Source: Bacillota bacterium (lineage in GTDB: Bacteria > Bacillota > Bacilli > Paenibacillales > JBEGSW01). Taken from it: a stretch of DNA of 56,531 nt. The position numbers were made by a program, and so were the translations under genes. Location of the stretch: contig JBEGSW010000045.1 of the NCBI GenBank assembly GCA_041179705.1, positions 1 through 56,531 of the forward strand, written 5' to 3'. The notes beneath the pieces were generated by a model. That model was not told the origin of the DNA and searched no databases. It worked only from the letters and a program-made list of their open reading frames with translations. Position 1 is the first letter of the stretch; each line of letters starts with the position of its first letter. Below are positions 11,021 to 23,707 of this stretch, in pieces.

Positions 11021-11515
11021 TTGCCTAACGCAAAAGTTCTTAAAGAGAAACAACAAGTGGTTGAAGTTGTAACTGAAAAGCTTCGCAATTCTGCAAGCAC
11101 AGTTGTTGCTGACTACCGTGGTTTGAACGTTGCTGAAGTGACTGAACTTCGCAAACAACTTCGTGAAGCTGGCGTAGAATACTCAGTTATCAAGAATACG
11201 TTGTTGCGTCGTGCGTCCGCTGCTGCAGATCTTTCTGCATTAGAAGAGCACTTAGTAGGTCCTACAGCGATTGCATTCAGTAACGATCCAGTTGCTGCTG
11301 CAAAAATCCTAGTTGACTTCGCAAAGACGAATGAGAACTTGGAAGTAAAAGGCGGCGTTGTTGACGGTCAAGTCTTCAACAAAGCGCAAATCGTTGAGTT
11401 GGCATCCTTGCCATCCAAAGATGGTTTGCTTTCCATGTTGCTTTCCGTACTTCAAGCGCCAGTTCGCAACTTCGCGCTTGCAGTTAAAGCAGTTGCAGAG
11501 AAACAAGAAGCTTAA
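11021..11515 (+). CDS. rplJ: 50S ribosomal protein L10
   Basis: [25 protein letters not shown]; TTG start after SD aggaggtg. Confidence 0.98.
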   Translation: MPNAKVLKEKQQVVEVVTEKLRNSASTVVADYRGLNVAEVTELRKQLREAGVEYSVIKNTLLRRASAAADLSALEEHLVGPTAIAFSNDPVAAAKILVDFAKTNENLEVKGGVVDGQVFNKAQIVELASLPSKDGLLSMLLSVLQAPVRNFALAVKAVAEKQEA

Positions 11516-11574
11516 TTTACTTGCTAGTTAGACTAGCACAATAAAATTTAATTTATTATTTGGAGGTTATTTTA

Positions 11575-11940
11575 ATGAGCACAGCACAAATCCTTGAAGC
11601 TATTAAAGGTATGAACGTTCTTGAATTGAACGAATTGGTAAAAGCAATCGAAGAAGAGTTTGGTGTAACAGCAGCAGCTCCAGTTGTAGTAGCAGGTGGC
11701 GCAGCAGCAGGTGGCGCAGCAGAAGCACAATCCGAATTCGACGTAATCCTTGCAAACGCAGGCGCGTCCAAAATCAACGTAATCAAAGTTGTTCGTGAAA
11801 TCACTGGTCTTGGCTTGAAAGAAGCGAAAGATCTAGTTGATGGCGCACCAGCTCCAATCAAAGAGAAAGTTTCCAAAGAAGATGCGGAAGCAATCCAAGC
11901 TAAATTGACAGAAGCAGGCGCAACTGTAGAAGTGAAGTAA
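11575..11940 (+). CDS. rplL: 50S ribosomal protein L7/L12
   Basis: [31 protein letters not shown]; ATG 11575. Confidence 0.99.
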   Translation: MSTAQILEAIKGMNVLELNELVKAIEEEFGVTAAAPVVVAGGAAAGGAAEAQSEFDVILANAGASKINVIKVVREITGLGLKEAKDLVDGAPAPIKEKVSKEDAEAIQAKLTEAGATVEVK

Positions 11941-11957
11941 TTCCTTCTTGTATAATG

Positions 11958-12008
11958 GGACTGTCCCGAAGGTTTATACCGGGTGGACAGTCCCGTTTTG
12001 CTTTTTTT
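11958..12008 (+). terminator. intrinsic terminator after rplL
   Basis: gggactgtcc...ggacagtccc stem + T-rich tail. Confidence 0.8.
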
Positions 12009-12022
12009 GAAGAGAGGAGAAA

Positions 12023-12631
12023 GTGATGAGTTCCCATTATTATTCAGAGAAACCGACGACCGAGCATAACCGACACATACATGAGCAACAGTTGCGTGGG
12101 TTTAAAATGCAATTTGTTACAGATAGCGGCGTTTTTGGCAAAAAAGGCGTCGATTTCGGCAGCCGATTATTAATAGAATCGATGGCGTCCGATGTAGGCG
12201 AACGTTTGCTTGATGTAGGCTGTGGGTATGGGCCAATCGGGCTGTCGCTAGCGAAATCATTTCCTACGACAACCGTATGGATGATTGATATTAATGAACG
12301 AGCAGTTGCTTTGTCACAAGAAAATGCAGCTTTGAACCATGTGGATAATGTGGAAATCAAACAGAGTGATCTGTTCTCCGCGGTTCCTATTGCAGAGAAG
12401 TTTAATACGATTGTTACAAATCCGCCTATTCGCGCAGGTAAAGCGGTCGTTCATGCCATCTTTGAAGGCGCACGTGAACGCATTCTTCCTGGGGGCTCGT
12501 TGTGGATTGTGATTCAGAAGAAACAGGGAGCGCCATCTGCTTTAGCGAAGTTGGAGTCGCTGTTCGATGAAGTGGAAGAGGTCGATAAAGACAAAGGATT
12601 TCGAATTTATCGCGCGCGTGTATCGCTCTAA
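12023..12631 (+). CDS. ybxB: class I SAM-dependent methyltransferase (YbxB, RsmC-like)
   Basis: LLDVGCGYGPIG and TNPPIRAGK motifs; between rplL and rpoB as in Bacillus. Confidence 0.9.
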   Translation: MMSSHYYSEKPTTEHNRHIHEQQLRGFKMQFVTDSGVFGKKGVDFGSRLLIESMASDVGERLLDVGCGYGPIGLSLAKSFPTTTVWMIDINERAVALSQENAALNHVDNVEIKQSDLFSAVPIAEKFNTIVTNPPIRAGKAVVHAIFEGARERILPGGSLWIVIQKKQGAPSALAKLESLFDEVEEVDKDKGFRIYRARVSL

Positions 12632-12639
12632 AAAAAGAT

Positions 12640-12668
12640 TTGACTGGCAATTTTTGCTGTGATATTGT
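12640..12668 (+). promoter_or_regulatory. sigma-A type promoter for rpoBC
   Basis: TTGACT-17bp-TATTGT with extended TG. Confidence 0.7.
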
Positions 12669-12853
12669 TTAAAGATGTCAGCATTAATTTGCACTGCGTG
12701 TAAATAGCACGTTGGACTCCATATACAACCGTTCATCACTTGATAAGATCGCCGTTTTTAGACGGATTTGTAATTTCGAGTGCATGTAGGTTGTTGTTTT
12801 GTTGTCTTTTTTTGCATTTCTATAGGTCATCACACAGAAGAGGTGAATGGAAG

Positions 12854-15800
12854 TTGGCAAGTAAATTAGTGCAGCTCGGTCGCCGTACGCGACGCAGTTA
12901 CGCTCGTATCGATGAGGTATTGGAAGTTCCGAACCTAATCGAAATTCAGCAGCAATCCTACCAGTGGTTTCTTGACGAAGGTCTTCGCGAAATGTTCCAG
13001 GACATTTCTCCGATTCAAGACTTCACAGGAAATCTTGTGCTTGAGTTCGTGGATTACACACTCGGCGAAGCAAAGTATGATGTCGACGATTCCAAAGAGC
13101 GCGATGTAACGTATGCAGCACCATTGCGTGTTAAAGTACGTCTCATCAACAAAGAAACAGGCGAAGTAAAAGAACAAGAAGTATTCATGGGTGATTTCCC
13201 ATTGATGACAGAGACGGGCACATTCGTTATTAACGGAGCTGAGCGCGTTATCGTAAGTCAGCTTGTTCGTTCTCCATCTGTATACTTTAGCTCCAAAGTT
13301 GATAAGAATGGTCGTCGCGCATTTGGCGCAACGGTGATTCCGAATCGTGGTGCTTGGTTAGAGTTAGAGACAGACGCGAAAGATATCATTTATGTCCGTA
13401 TTGACCGCACACGTAAGATTCCAGTGACGGTTCTTCTTCGTGCGCTTGGATTCGGTACAGATCAAGAAATCATTGATTTACTTGGTGATGATGCATTCAT
13501 TCGCAACACATTGGAGAAAGATAGTACGGATTCCGTGGAGAAAGCGTTGCTCGAGATTTATGAGCGCCTTCGTCCAGGTGAGCCGCCAACTGTCGACAAT
13601 GCGAAGAGCTTATTAGTTTCTCGCTTCTTTGACCCGAAACGCTATGACTTAGCGAACGTAGGTCGTTACAAGATCAACAAGAAGCTTCATATCAAGAATA
13701 GATTGTTAGGCCAACGTTTAGCGGAGACACTTGTACACCCAGAGACAGGCGAAATTGTCGCTGAGGCTGGTCAAGTACTGGATCGTCGTTTGCTTGACGA
13801 AATCTTGCCTTTATTGGAGCAAGGCGTTGGTGCTCGCGAATACAAAGTGAGCAACGGCGTTCTAGATGCTGTATCGATTCCGGTACAAAAAATCAACTTA
13901 TTCTCACCAGAAGAAGATGGCAAAGTAATTAACGTCATCGCGAATGGTCAAATCGATAAAAATGTGAAGAACATTACGCCGGCAGATATTATCTCCTCCA
14001 TTAGCTACTTCTTGAACTTGCTACATGGTGTTGGTAACACAGACGATATTGATCACTTGGGTAACCGTCGTTTGCGTTCTGTTGGTGAATTGTTGCAGAA
14101 CCAATTCCGTATCGGTTTATCCCGTATGGAACGTGTTGTCCGCGAGCGTATGTCTATTCAAGATTCCAACTCGATTACACCACAGGCGTTGATTAACATC
14201 CGTCCGGTCATTGCATCGATTAAGGAATTCTTTGGTAGCTCCCAGCTTTCCCAGTTTATGGACCAGACGAATCCACTTGCTGAATTGACGCACAAGCGTC
14301 GTCTTTCCGCATTAGGACCTGGTGGTTTGACGCGTGAGCGCGCAGGCTTTGAAGTCCGCGACGTCCATCACTCTCACTACGGTCGTATGTGTCCGATTGA
14401 AACACCTGAAGGACCGAACATCGGTTTGATCAACTCCTTGTCTTCCTTCGCTCGTGTGAACGAGTATGGATTCATCGAGACACCTTACCGTTGGGTAGAT
14501 CCGAAGACAAATAAAGTTACGCAAAAAATCGACTACTTAACAGCTGACGAAGAAGATAACTATGTAGTTGCACAGGCAAATGCAGAGTTGAACGAAGACG
14601 GTAGCTTTAAGAACGAGTTAGTTATTTGTCGTTTCAATAAGAACCCGCATGACAACATCAAGACATTAGAGCGTGAGAAAGTTGACTACATGGATGTATC
14701 GCCTAAACAGGTTGTATCCGTAGCGACTGCGATGATTCCATTCCTTGAGAACGATGACTCCAACCGCGCCTTGATGGGTTCGAACATGCAACGTCAGGCC
14801 GTGCCTTTGTTAATTCCGAAAGCACCACTTGTTGGTACTGGTATGGAGCACAAAGCGGCAAAAGATTCCGGAGTTTGTGCGGTTTCTAAATACCACGGTG
14901 TGATCGAAAAAGTAAGTGCGAATGAAATCGTACTTCGTCGTAAAGAAATCGTCGACGGTCAAGAAGTGACTGGCGATACGGTTACTTACAAATTGCATAA
15001 ATTTATCCGCTCTAACCAAGGTACATGTATCAACCAACGCCCACTTGTTCGCAAAGGCGACATCATCAAACCAGGTGATATCTTGGCTGATGGTCCGTCC
15101 ACAGAGCAAGGCGAATTGGCGCTTGGTCGCAACGTAGTCGTTGCGTTCATGACTTGGGAAGGCTACAACTACGAGGATGCGATTCTTTTATCTGAGAAAT
15201 TAGTGAAAGAAGACGTCTACACTTCTATTCATATTGAAGAATATGAATCTGAAGCTCGTGATACGAAATTGGGTCCTGAAGAAATTACGCGTGATATCCC
15301 TAACGTTGGTGAAGATGCACTAAAGAACTTGGATGATCGCGGTATTATTCGCATCGGTGCTGAAATCGGCGCAGGCGACATTCTAGTTGGTAAAGTAACA
15401 CCTAAGGGCGTTACAGAATTGACAGCAGAAGAGCGCTTGTTGCATGCCATCTTCGGTGAGAAAGCGCGCGAAGTTCGTGACACATCCCTTCGTGTACCGC
15501 ACGGTACAGACGGTATCGTTGTTGACGTTCGTGTGTTCACGCGTGAGAATGGCGACGAATTGCCACCAGGTGTTAACCAATTAGTTCGTGTATACATTGC
15601 ACAAAAGCGTAAAATTTCCGAAGGTGATAAGATGGCCGGACGCCATGGTAACAAGGGTGTCATCGCGCGCATCATGCCGGAAGAAGATATGCCGTTCTTG
15701 CCGGATGGCACGCCGGTTCAAGTTGTATTGAACCCTCTAGGCGTACCGTCGCGTATGAACATCGGTCAGGTATTAGAAGTCCATTTAGGTATGGCGGCTC

Positions 15801-16402
15801 TAACGCTTGGCATCCACGTTGCAACGCCAGTCTTTGACGGTGCGCGCGAGTATGATGTATTCGATACGATGGAAGAAGCAGGTATGCAACGTAACGGTAA
15901 GACAATCTTGTACGATGGCCGCACAGGCGATCCGTTCGAGCGTGAAGTGACCGTTGGTGTTATGTACATGATCAAATTGGCGCACATGGTTGACGATAAG
16001 ATCCATGCGCGTTCCACAGGTCCTTACTCTCTCGTTACGCAACAGCCGCTTGGTGGTAAAGCCCAGTTCGGTGGTCAGCGTTTTGGTGAGATGGAAGTAT
16101 GGGCACTTGAGGCATATGGCGCAGCTTATACGCTTCAAGAAATCTTGACGGTTAAATCCGATGACGTGGTTGGTCGTGTGAAGACGTACGAATCCATCGT
16201 TAAAGGCGACAACGTTCCGGAACCAGGTGTTCCTGAATCCTTCAAAGTATTAATTAAAGAGCTTCAAAGTTTAGGTATGGACGTTAAGATCCTATCCGAG
16301 AACGAAGAAGAAATCGTTATGAAAGAGTTGGACGACGAAGAAGATGGTCAAAGCGAAAAGCTTAACTTGAATCTCGAAGGTTCCGAACTAGGCCTAGAAT
16401 AA
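12854..16402 (+). CDS. rpoB: DNA-directed RNA polymerase subunit beta
   Basis: [45 protein letters not shown]; TTG start at 12854 after SD gaggtga. Confidence 0.99.
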   Translation: MASKLVQLGRRTRRSYARIDEVLEVPNLIEIQQQSYQWFLDEGLREMFQDISPIQDFTGNLVLEFVDYTLGEAKYDVDDSKERDVTYAAPLRVKVRLINKETGEVKEQEVFMGDFPLMTETGTFVINGAERVIVSQLVRSPSVYFSSKVDKNGRRAFGATVIPNRGAWLELETDAKDIIYVRIDRTRKIPVTVLLRALGFGTDQEIIDLLGDDAFIRNTLEKDSTDSVEKALLEIYERLRPGEPPTVDNAKSLLVSRFFDPKRYDLANVGRYKINKKLHIKNRLLGQRLAETLVHPETGEIVAEAGQVLDRRLLDEILPLLEQGVGAREYKVSNGVLDAVSIPVQKINLFSPEEDGKVINVIANGQIDKNVKNITPADIISSISYFLNLLHGVGNTDDIDHLGNRRLRSVGELLQNQFRIGLSRMERVVRERMSIQDSNSITPQALINIRPVIASIKEFFGSSQLSQFMDQTNPLAELTHKRRLSALGPGGLTRERAGFEVRDVHHSHYGRMCPIETPEGPNIGLINSLSSFARVNEYGFIETPYRWVDPKTNKVTQKIDYLTADEEDNYVVAQANAELNEDGSFKNELVICRFNKNPHDNIKTLEREKVDYMDVSPKQVVSVATAMIPFLENDDSNRALMGSNMQRQAVPLLIPKAPLVGTGMEHKAAKDSGVCAVSKYHGVIEKVSANEIVLRRKEIVDGQEVTGDTVTYKLHKFIRSNQGTCINQRPLVRKGDIIKPGDILADGPSTEQGELALGRNVVVAFMTWEGYNYEDAILLSEKLVKEDVYTSIHIEEYESEARDTKLGPEEITRDIPNVGEDALKNLDDRGIIRIGAEIGAGDILVGKVTPKGVTELTAEERLLHAIFGEKAREVRDTSLRVPHGTDGIVVDVRVFTRENGDELPPGVNQLVRVYIAQKRKISEGDKMAGRHGNKGVIARIMPEEDMPFLPDGTPVQVVLNPLGVPSRMNIGQVLEVHLGMAALTLGIHVATPVFDGAREYDVFDTMEEAGMQRNGKTILYDGRTGDPFEREVTVGVMYMIKLAHMVDDKIHARSTGPYSLVTQQPLGGKAQFGGQRFGEMEVWALEAYGAAYTLQEILTVKSDDVVGRVKTYESIVKGDNVPEPGVPESFKVLIKELQSLGMDVKILSENEEEIVMKELDDEEDGQSEKLNLNLEGSELGLE

Positions 16403-16447
16403 TAAATCTTGCTTGAAAATTAGATACCGGGTAAGGAGGTTTGCTCC

Positions 16448-19400
16448 TTGTTAGATGTTAATAACTTTGAGTATATGAAAATTGGATTAGCTTCCCCAGA
16501 CAAGATCCGTTCTTGGTCTCGCGGTGAAGTTAAAAAGCCTGAAACAATCAACTATCGTACGTTAAAGCCTGAGAAAGAAGGCTTGTTCTGCGAAAAGATT
16601 TTCGGACCGACAAAGGACTGGGAGTGTCATTGCGGAAAGTATAAGCGCGTTCGTTATAAGGGCGTGATTTGTGACCGTTGTGGCGTTGAAGTAACAAGAC
16701 AGAAAGTTCGTCGTGAACGTATGGGTCATATTGAACTAGCTGCTCCTGTATCGCACATCTGGTACTTCAAGGGAATTCCTAGCCGTATGGGTCTTGCATT
16801 AGACATGTCCCCACGTTCTTTGGAAGAAGTCATTTACTTCGCTTCCTACGTTGTAACAGATCCAGGCGAGACGCCTTTGGAGAAGAAGCAATTGCTTTCT
16901 GAGAAAGAGTACCGTACATACCGTGAGAAATATGGTTATGCATTCCAAGCTGGAATGGGTGCTGAAGCTGTTAAGAAATTGCTACAAGACCTAGATTTGG
17001 TTGCAGATATCGATGCGATTCGCTTGGAACTTGAGACTGCGCAAGGGCAACGTCGTAATCGTGCGATTAAGCGTTTGGAAGTTCTTGAAGCATTCCGTAA
17101 CTCTGGCAACTTGCCAGATTGGATGGTTCTTGACGTATTGCCGGTTATTCCGCCGGAGCTTCGTCCGATGGTACAGTTGGATGGTGGCCGTTTTGCTACT
17201 TCTGACTTAAATGATTTATACCGTCGTGTTATTAACCGTAATAACCGTTTGAAGCGTTTGCTTGATTTGGGCGCTCCGGATATTATCGTCCAAAATGAGA
17301 AACGTATGTTGCAAGAAGCGGTTGACGCTTTGATCGACAACGGTCGTCGTGGTCGTCCGGTAACGGGCCCAGGTAACCGTCCTTTGAAATCTTTGAGCCA
17401 CATGCTTAAAGGGAAGCAAGGTCGTTTCCGTCAGAACTTACTAGGTAAACGTGTTGACTACTCTGGTCGTTCCGTTATCGTCGTTGGTCCGAACTTGAAG
17501 ATGTATCAGTGCGGATTGCCGAAAGAAATGGCGCTTGAATTGTTCAAACCGTTTGTTATGAAAGAATTAGTTCAAAAAGGTTACGCACACAACATTAAGA
17601 GTGCAAAGCGCAAAGTCGAGAAAGTAAGCCCTGAGGTGTGGGATGTACTTGAACAAGTTATCCGTGAACATCCAGTCTTGCTGAACCGTGCACCAACGTT
17701 GCATAGACTTGGTATTCAAGCGTTCGAGCCGATTCTTGTTGAAGGTCGCGCAATCAAATTGCATCCACTTGTATGTACGGCGTACAACGCTGACTTCGAC
17801 GGTGACCAAATGGCCGTTCACGTTCCGTTGTCCTCTGAAGCACAAGCAGAAGCACGTTTGTTGATGCTTGCGTCCGGTAATATTTTGAACCCGAAAGATG
17901 GTAAGCCAGTTGTAACGCCATCCCAGGATATGGTTCTTGGTAGCTTCTACTTAACGATGGAAGACTTGGAAGCGAAAGGTTCCTTCAAGATTTTCCGTTC
18001 TGTGAACGAAGCGGTTGCATCCTATCAGACAGGTGAAGCGCGTTTACAAGCGCGTTGTGCAATTCCTGCATCTGCCGTTAACAAGACATGTTTCACAGAA
18101 GAACAACAAAACGCGATGTTAATTACAACAGTCGGTAAGTTGATCTTCAATGAAATCTTCCCAGCGGACTTCCCTTACATCAATGATCCTTCTAAGGAAA
18201 ACTTGTTGCAAGGTACGCCGGATAAATACTTTGTACCTGCTAAGGGCGCTAATCTTCGCGAAGTGATGGAGACATTGCCACTTAACAAAGCAATCGGTAA
18301 AGATAACCTAGGTACAATCATTGCAGAATGCTTCCGTCGTTATCATACGGCGAAGACATCTGTGATTTTGGACAGAATCAAAGAAGTTGGGTTCATTTAC
18401 TCCACAAAAGCAGGTATTTCTATCGCAGTATCTGACGTTATCGTTCCAGACGAAAAAGTCGAAATCATGGCGAAATCGGAAGAGAAAGTTCGCGAAGTTA
18501 CGAAGCAATATCGTCGCGGCTTGATCACAAATGAAGAGCGTTATGACCGTGTAATCAGTGTTTGGAGTAAAGCGAAAGACGAATTAACTGATATCTTGAT
18601 GAAGGCGATGCAACGCGACAACTCTATCGCAATGATGGTAGACTCCAAGGCGCGCGGTAACAAATCTCAGATTACGCAGTTGGGCGGTATGCGCGGATTG
18701 ATGGCCAATCCATCAGGTCGTATCATCGAGCTTCCAATTCGTTCGAACTTCCGTGAAGGCTTAACGGTCTTGGAATACTTTATTTCCACCCATGGTGCGC
18801 GTAAAGGTTTGGCCGATACAGCACTTCGTACAGCCGATTCCGGTTACTTGACTCGTCGACTTGTTGACGTTGCACAAGACGTTATCGTTCGTGAGGACGA
18901 TTGCGGAACAGATAAAGGTTTTGTTGTTAGTAAAATCCAAGACGGTCGCGAAGTTATTGAAGACTTGTACGATCGTATAGAAGGTCGTTATGCATTCGAA
19001 ACGGTTCGTCATCCGGAAACAGGCGAAGTTATCGCTGTTCGTAACCAATTGATTGAATCCGATGTTGCAGAAGCGATTGTTAATGCGGGTGTTGAGCAAT
19101 TGACAATCCGTTCCGTGTTGAGCTGTCGCACACGTCATGGCGTATGTAAACGTTGTTACGGTCGCAACTTGGCAACTGGTAAATTCGTTGAGATTGGTGA
19201 AGCGGTTGGAATTATCGCGGCACAATCCATCGGTGAACCAGGTACACAGTTGACGATGCGTACGTTCCATACGGGCGGCGTTGCCGGCGATGACATCACA
19301 CAAGGTTTGCCGCGTATTCAAGAGTTGTTCGAAGCGCGTAACCCGAAAGGTCAAGCGATTATTTCTGAGATTGACGGTGTCATCAAGGAAATCCGTGAGA

Positions 19401-20068
19401 CGAAAGATCGTCGTGAAATTCAAGTTGACGGTGAAGCTGAGTCGAAGACATACAGCGTGACATACGGTTCCCGTATTCGCGTAACAGTTGGTCAGACAGT
19501 TGAAGCTGGCGATGAGTTGACAGATGGTTCCATTGATCCGAAGGAAATGCTTCGAATCAAAGGTATCCGTGGTGTTCAGAACTACATCTTGCAAGAAGTA
19601 CAACGCGTATATCGTAACCAAGGGGTAGAAATCAACGACAAGCACGTTGAAGTTATGATCCGTCAGATGTTACGTAAAATCCGAATCGTTGATTCCGGAG
19701 ATACGCCATTGTTACCTGGTTCATTCGTAGACATTCATGCATACGAGAAAGCAAACCGCGAAGCCCTCTACGAAGGTAAAGAGCCAGCAGTTGCGAAACC
19801 AATCTTGTTGGGTATCACAAAAGCTTCCCTAGAGACAGATTCCTTCTTATCTGCAGCATCCTTCCAAGAGACGACTCGTGTCTTGACGGACGCAGCAATC
19901 AAAGGCAAGATGGATCCATTACTAGGACTGAAAGAGAACGTAATCATCGGTAAATTAATCCCGGCTGGTACGGGTATGATGCGTTACCGTTCAATCAAAG
20001 TTGTTGATCCTGACGCACAAGTAGAAGCGCTTGAGTCTGAAGGTATTGAAACTGCATCTGCAGAGTAA
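16448..20068 (+). CDS. rpoC: DNA-directed RNA polymerase subunit beta'
   Basis: [12 protein letters not shown] active site, N-terminal zinc finger. Confidence 0.99.
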   Translation: MLDVNNFEYMKIGLASPDKIRSWSRGEVKKPETINYRTLKPEKEGLFCEKIFGPTKDWECHCGKYKRVRYKGVICDRCGVEVTRQKVRRERMGHIELAAPVSHIWYFKGIPSRMGLALDMSPRSLEEVIYFASYVVTDPGETPLEKKQLLSEKEYRTYREKYGYAFQAGMGAEAVKKLLQDLDLVADIDAIRLELETAQGQRRNRAIKRLEVLEAFRNSGNLPDWMVLDVLPVIPPELRPMVQLDGGRFATSDLNDLYRRVINRNNRLKRLLDLGAPDIIVQNEKRMLQEAVDALIDNGRRGRPVTGPGNRPLKSLSHMLKGKQGRFRQNLLGKRVDYSGRSVIVVGPNLKMYQCGLPKEMALELFKPFVMKELVQKGYAHNIKSAKRKVEKVSPEVWDVLEQVIREHPVLLNRAPTLHRLGIQAFEPILVEGRAIKLHPLVCTAYNADFDGDQMAVHVPLSSEAQAEARLLMLASGNILNPKDGKPVVTPSQDMVLGSFYLTMEDLEAKGSFKIFRSVNEAVASYQTGEARLQARCAIPASAVNKTCFTEEQQNAMLITTVGKLIFNEIFPADFPYINDPSKENLLQGTPDKYFVPAKGANLREVMETLPLNKAIGKDNLGTIIAECFRRYHTAKTSVILDRIKEVGFIYSTKAGISIAVSDVIVPDEKVEIMAKSEEKVREVTKQYRRGLITNEERYDRVISVWSKAKDELTDILMKAMQRDNSIAMMVDSKARGNKSQITQLGGMRGLMANPSGRIIELPIRSNFREGLTVLEYFISTHGARKGLADTALRTADSGYLTRRLVDVAQDVIVREDDCGTDKGFVVSKIQDGREVIEDLYDRIEGRYAFETVRHPETGEVIAVRNQLIESDVAEAIVNAGVEQLTIRSVLSCRTRHGVCKRCYGRNLATGKFVEIGEAVGIIAAQSIGEPGTQLTMRTFHTGGVAGDDITQGLPRIQELFEARNPKGQAIISEIDGVIKEIRETKDRREIQVDGEAESKTYSVTYGSRIRVTVGQTVEAGDELTDGSIDPKEMLRIKGIRGVQNYILQEVQRVYRNQGVEINDKHVEVMIRQMLRKIRIVDSGDTPLLPGSFVDIHAYEKANREALYEGKEPAVAKPILLGITKASLETDSFLSAASFQETTRVLTDAAIKGKMDPLLGLKENVIIGKLIPAGTGMMRYRSIKVVDPDAQVEALESEGIETASAE

Positions 20069-20087
20069 CTAACTTTCGAATTGAGTG

Positions 20088-20117
20088 TTGACACGTCTGG
20101 TTGAGAGATGATAAAAT
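20088..20117 (+). promoter_or_regulatory. sigma-A type promoter of str operon
   Basis: TTGACA-18bp-TAAAAT with extended TG. Confidence 0.7.
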
Positions 20118-20173
20118 CTCATAGTGTGTCTGCAGTGTATACTTCTGTGGCGAAGTTTGGAGGATATGAACTC

Positions 20174-20425
20174 ATGTCTTATGAACGACTGAAACAGGCG
20201 TCTATATTAAGGATTGGCACGAAGCAAACCATCAAATCGGTGGAACAAGGCGAAGTGACTGAAGTGATTGTGGCCAAGGATGCAGATCCGAGGATTACAG
20301 CTAAAGTTATTCACCTTTGTATAAAGCATCACATTCCCGTTATTTACGTTGATTCAATGAAACAACTAGGGAAATCATGTGGCATCGAAGTCGGTGCTGC
20401 GATGGTGGGAATTAAGTTACAATAA
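20174..20425 (+). CDS. ybxF: L7Ae-family K-turn RNA-binding protein (YbxF)
   Basis: MSYE...IGTKQTIK...VAKDAD...LGKSCGIEVGAA; first gene of Firmicutes str operon. Confidence 0.92.
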   Translation: MSYERLKQASILRIGTKQTIKSVEQGEVTEVIVAKDADPRITAKVIHLCIKHHIPVIYVDSMKQLGKSCGIEVGAAMVGIKLQ

Positions 20426-20569
20426 TTGTTTTTACCGGAGGGCATGCTAAGCCCAGTAAGGGTTGCCTTCCGGTAAGAACTTTTCTATTGCTAAATTATG
20501 AACCGCCTGGCTCTGTGGGCTTAACACTTGCTTAACAATTATCGTTTATTATTGGAAGGAGGTGGCGAA

Positions 20570-20992
20570 ATGCCAACAATTAATCAGCTAGTACGTAAAG
20601 GTCGTCAAGCAAAGGTGGTTAAATCCAAATCCCCAGCTTTGCAAAAAGGCTACAATGCGATGCAACGTGAAGAAACGGATTTGTCCGCTCCACAAAAGCG
20701 CGGTGTTTGTACTCGTGTAGGTACAATGACTCCGAAAAAACCGAACTCCGCTCTTCGTAAATACGCACGTGTACGTTTAACTAACCGTATCGAGGTAACT
20801 GCTTACATCCCAGGTATCGGACACAACTTGCAAGAGCATAGTGTTGTCTTGATCCGTGGTGGTCGTGTAAAAGACTTACCGGGGGTTCGTTATCACATCG
20901 TTCGTGGTGCATTGGATACTGCAGGTGTGAACAACCGTATGCAGTCCCGTTCCAAATATGGTGCGAAAAGACCAAAAGCGAAAAAGAACTAA
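20570..20992 (+). CDS. rpsL: 30S ribosomal protein S12
   Basis: [34 protein letters not shown]. Confidence 0.99.
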   Translation: MPTINQLVRKGRQAKVVKSKSPALQKGYNAMQREETDLSAPQKRGVCTRVGTMTPKKPNSALRKYARVRLTNRIEVTAYIPGIGHNLQEHSVVLIRGGRVKDLPGVRYHIVRGALDTAGVNNRMQSRSKYGAKRPKAKKN

Positions 20993-21039
20993 TTTTAATC
21001 CGATGACTCGGATTTCATAATTGAGAAAGGAGGAACATT

Positions 21040-21510
21040 ATGCCACGCAAAGGAGCAGTTCCAAAGAGAGACGTATTACCAGATCCGATTTACAATAGCA
21101 AATTGGTTACTCGTTTGATCAACCGCATTATGATCGACGGGAAAAGAGGGGTTGCACAAACAATCCTATATCAAGCATTTGATCTAATCCAAACACGTAC
21201 GGGTAAAGAGCCAATGGAAGTTTTTGAGACAGCTATCAAAAACATCATGCCAGTTCTTGAAGTTAAAGCTCGTCGTGTCGGTGGTGCTAACTACCAAGTG
21301 CCAATCGAAGTTAAGCCTGAGCGCCGTACTTCCCTTGGTCTTCGTTGGTTGGTTAACTATTCCCGCCTTCGCGGTGAAAAGACAATGGAAGAGCGTTTAG
21401 CAGCTGAGATTCTTGATGCAGCGAACAACACAGGCGCTTCCGTTAAGAAAAGAGAAGATACACACAAGATGGCTGAAGCGAACAAAGCGTTTGCTCACTA
21501 TCGTTGGTAG
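21040..21510 (+). CDS. rpsG: 30S ribosomal protein S7
   Basis: MPRKG...[11 protein letters not shown]...[13 protein letters not shown]. Confidence 0.99.
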   Translation: MPRKGAVPKRDVLPDPIYNSKLVTRLINRIMIDGKRGVAQTILYQAFDLIQTRTGKEPMEVFETAIKNIMPVLEVKARRVGGANYQVPIEVKPERRTSLGLRWLVNYSRLRGEKTMEERLAAEILDAANNTGASVKKREDTHKMAEANKAFAHYRW

Positions 21511-21548
21511 AATTTACTGGCCAATGGCCATAGAGAGGAGTCTCACGA

Positions 21549-23624
21549 ATGGCAAGAGAGTTTTCTTTACAAAATACTCGGAACATCGGAATCATGGCCC
21601 ATATCGATGCGGGTAAGACAACGACAACTGAGCGTATTTTGTATTACACTGGCCGTGTTCATAAAATCGGTGAAGTGCACGAAGGTGCAGCAACGATGGA
21701 CTGGATGGAGCAAGAGCAAGAGCGTGGGATCACAATCACTTCTGCTGCAACAACAGCACAGTGGAAAGGTCACCGCATTAACATTATCGATACTCCTGGT
21801 CACGTAGACTTCACGGTTGAAGTTGAACGTTCCCTTCGCGTACTAGATGGCGCTGTAGGCGTATTCTCTGCGAAAGAAGGCGTTGAGCCACAATCCGAGA
21901 CAGTTTGGCGTCAAGCTGATCGTTACGGCGTACCTCGTATCGCTTATGTAAACAAAATGGATATCATTGGTGCTGACTACCTTAACGTTATTGAAACAAT
22001 GAAAGATCGTTTGAAAGCAAATGCCGTAGCAATCCAATTGCCGATCGGTGCTGAAAATGACTTCGTTGGTATCATTGACTTAGTTGAAGAAAAAGCACAC
22101 ATGTACAAAGATGACTTGGGTAAAGACATCGAAGTTGTTGAAGTTCCAGCAGAATTCAAAGAGCAAGTTGCAGCACTTCGTGCAGAGCTTGTTGAGAAAG
22201 TTGCTGAACTTGATGAAGAGTTGATGATGAAATACCTTGAAGGTGAAGAAATCACAATTCCTGAAATCAAAGCAGCGCTTCGTAAAGGCGTTTGTGACGT
22301 TCAAATCTTCCCAGTTATTTGTGGTTCTTCTTACAAGAACAAAGGCGTTCAGCTTATGATGGACGCTGTCGTTGAATACTTGCCATCTCCACTTGATGTA
22401 CCTGCAATCAAAGGTACATTAGAAGATGGTGAAGAAGTTGTTCGCGAATCTTCCGATAATGGCCCGTTTGCAGCACTTGCATTCAAGATTGCAACGGATC
22501 CATTCGTAGGTAAATTAACATTCTTCCGCGTATACTCTGGTGTAATTACATCTGGTTCTTACGTATTGAATGCAACAAAAGGCAAGCGTGAGCGTATTGG
22601 TCGTATTCTTCAGATGCATGCGAACAGCCGTCAAGAGATCACTGAAGTTTATGCTGGTGATATCGCAGCTGCAGTAGGTTTGAAAGATACAATCACTGGT
22701 GACACGTTGTGTGACGAGAAGAACCCGGTAATCTTGGAGTCCATGAACTTCCCTGAGCCAGTTATCTCTGTTGCAGTTGAGCCTAAGACGAAATCTGACC
22801 AAGACAAAATGGGTAACGCGTTATCCAAATTGGCAGAAGAAGATCCAACTTTCCGTTACTACACGGACGAAGAAACAAACCAAACAATTATCTCTGGTAT
22901 GGGTGAGCTTCACCTTGAGATCATCGTTGACCGTATGCTTCGCGAGTTCAAAGTAGAAACAAATGTTGGTGCACCACAAGTTGCTTACCGTGAAACATTC
23001 AAATTGGGCGCTAAAGTTGAAGGTAAGTTCGTACGTCAGTCCGGTGGTCGTGGTCAATACGGTCATGTATGGATTGAATTCGAACCACTTGAAGCTGGTG
23101 GCGGTTTCGTCTTCGAGAACAAGGTTGTCGGTGGTGTGGTTCCTCGTGAATACATCCCAGCAGTCCAAAATGGTATCGAAGAGTCCATGAAGAATGGTGT
23201 CCTTGCAGGATTCCCATTGGTCGATCTTAAAGCAACAATCTTTGATGGTTCCTACCATGACGTTGACTCCAACGAAATGGCGTTCAAAATTGCAGGTTCC
23301 ATGGCGCTTAAAGCAGCTAAAGACAAATGTCAACCAGTCTTGCTTGAGCCAATCATGAAAGTCGAAGTAACAGTTCCTGAAGAATACATGGGTGACGCAA
23401 TGGGTATGTTAAGTTCCCGTCGTGGCCGTATCGAAGGTTCTGATACTCGTGCAGGCGCTCTAATTATTCGTTCCAGTGTGCCTTTGAGCGAAATGTTCGG
23501 TTTCTCAACTGTACTTCGTTCTGGTACGCAAGGCCGCGGTGTATTCTCCATGGAGATCTCTCACTATGAAGAAGTACCTCGCAGCATTTCTGAAGAAATT
23601 ATTGCAAAGCACAAAGGTAACTAA
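21549..23624 (+). CDS. fusA: elongation factor G
   Basis: [26 protein letters not shown]. Confidence 0.99.
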   Translation: MAREFSLQNTRNIGIMAHIDAGKTTTTERILYYTGRVHKIGEVHEGAATMDWMEQEQERGITITSAATTAQWKGHRINIIDTPGHVDFTVEVERSLRVLDGAVGVFSAKEGVEPQSETVWRQADRYGVPRIAYVNKMDIIGADYLNVIETMKDRLKANAVAIQLPIGAENDFVGIIDLVEEKAHMYKDDLGKDIEVVEVPAEFKEQVAALRAELVEKVAELDEELMMKYLEGEEITIPEIKAALRKGVCDVQIFPVICGSSYKNKGVQLMMDAVVEYLPSPLDVPAIKGTLEDGEEVVRESSDNGPFAALAFKIATDPFVGKLTFFRVYSGVITSGSYVLNATKGKRERIGRILQMHANSRQEITEVYAGDIAAAVGLKDTITGDTLCDEKNPVILESMNFPEPVISVAVEPKTKSDQDKMGNALSKLAEEDPTFRYYTDEETNQTIISGMGELHLEIIVDRMLREFKVETNVGAPQVAYRETFKLGAKVEGKFVRQSGGRGQYGHVWIEFEPLEAGGGFVFENKVVGGVVPREYIPAVQNGIEESMKNGVLAGFPLVDLKATIFDGSYHDVDSNEMAFKIAGSMALKAAKDKCQPVLLEPIMKVEVTVPEEYMGDAMGMLSSRRGRIEGSDTRAGALIIRSSVPLSEMFGFSTVLRSGTQGRGVFSMEISHYEEVPRSISEEIIAKHKGN

Positions 23625-23707
23625 TTGTTCAATCTGATTTGCGCAATTCGAAAGAAATGCGCAAATCAACAAATACAAACCCAAATTTAAGGAGGAATTG
23701 ATTTACA

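Noticed and set aside
12740-12853. Apparent N-terminal extensions of rpoB (also rplA, rplL, rpsL, truA, ispF, ybxF) in the ORF track
   Set aside because: Artefacts of longest-ORF calling; SD-supported downstream starts give normal lengths
14225-14330. Possible rifampicin-resistance allele in rpoB (and streptomycin allele in rpsL)
   Set aside because: RRDR ([26 protein letters not shown]) and S12 PKKPNS/RVKDLP motifs read as wild type
18761-19645. 294-aa antisense ORF inside rpoC (and many other antisense/alternate-frame ORFs over rpoB, fusA and r-protein genes)
   Set aside because: Shadow ORFs expected from the codon bias of highly expressed genes; no SD, no recognisable motifs, fully overlapping essential genes
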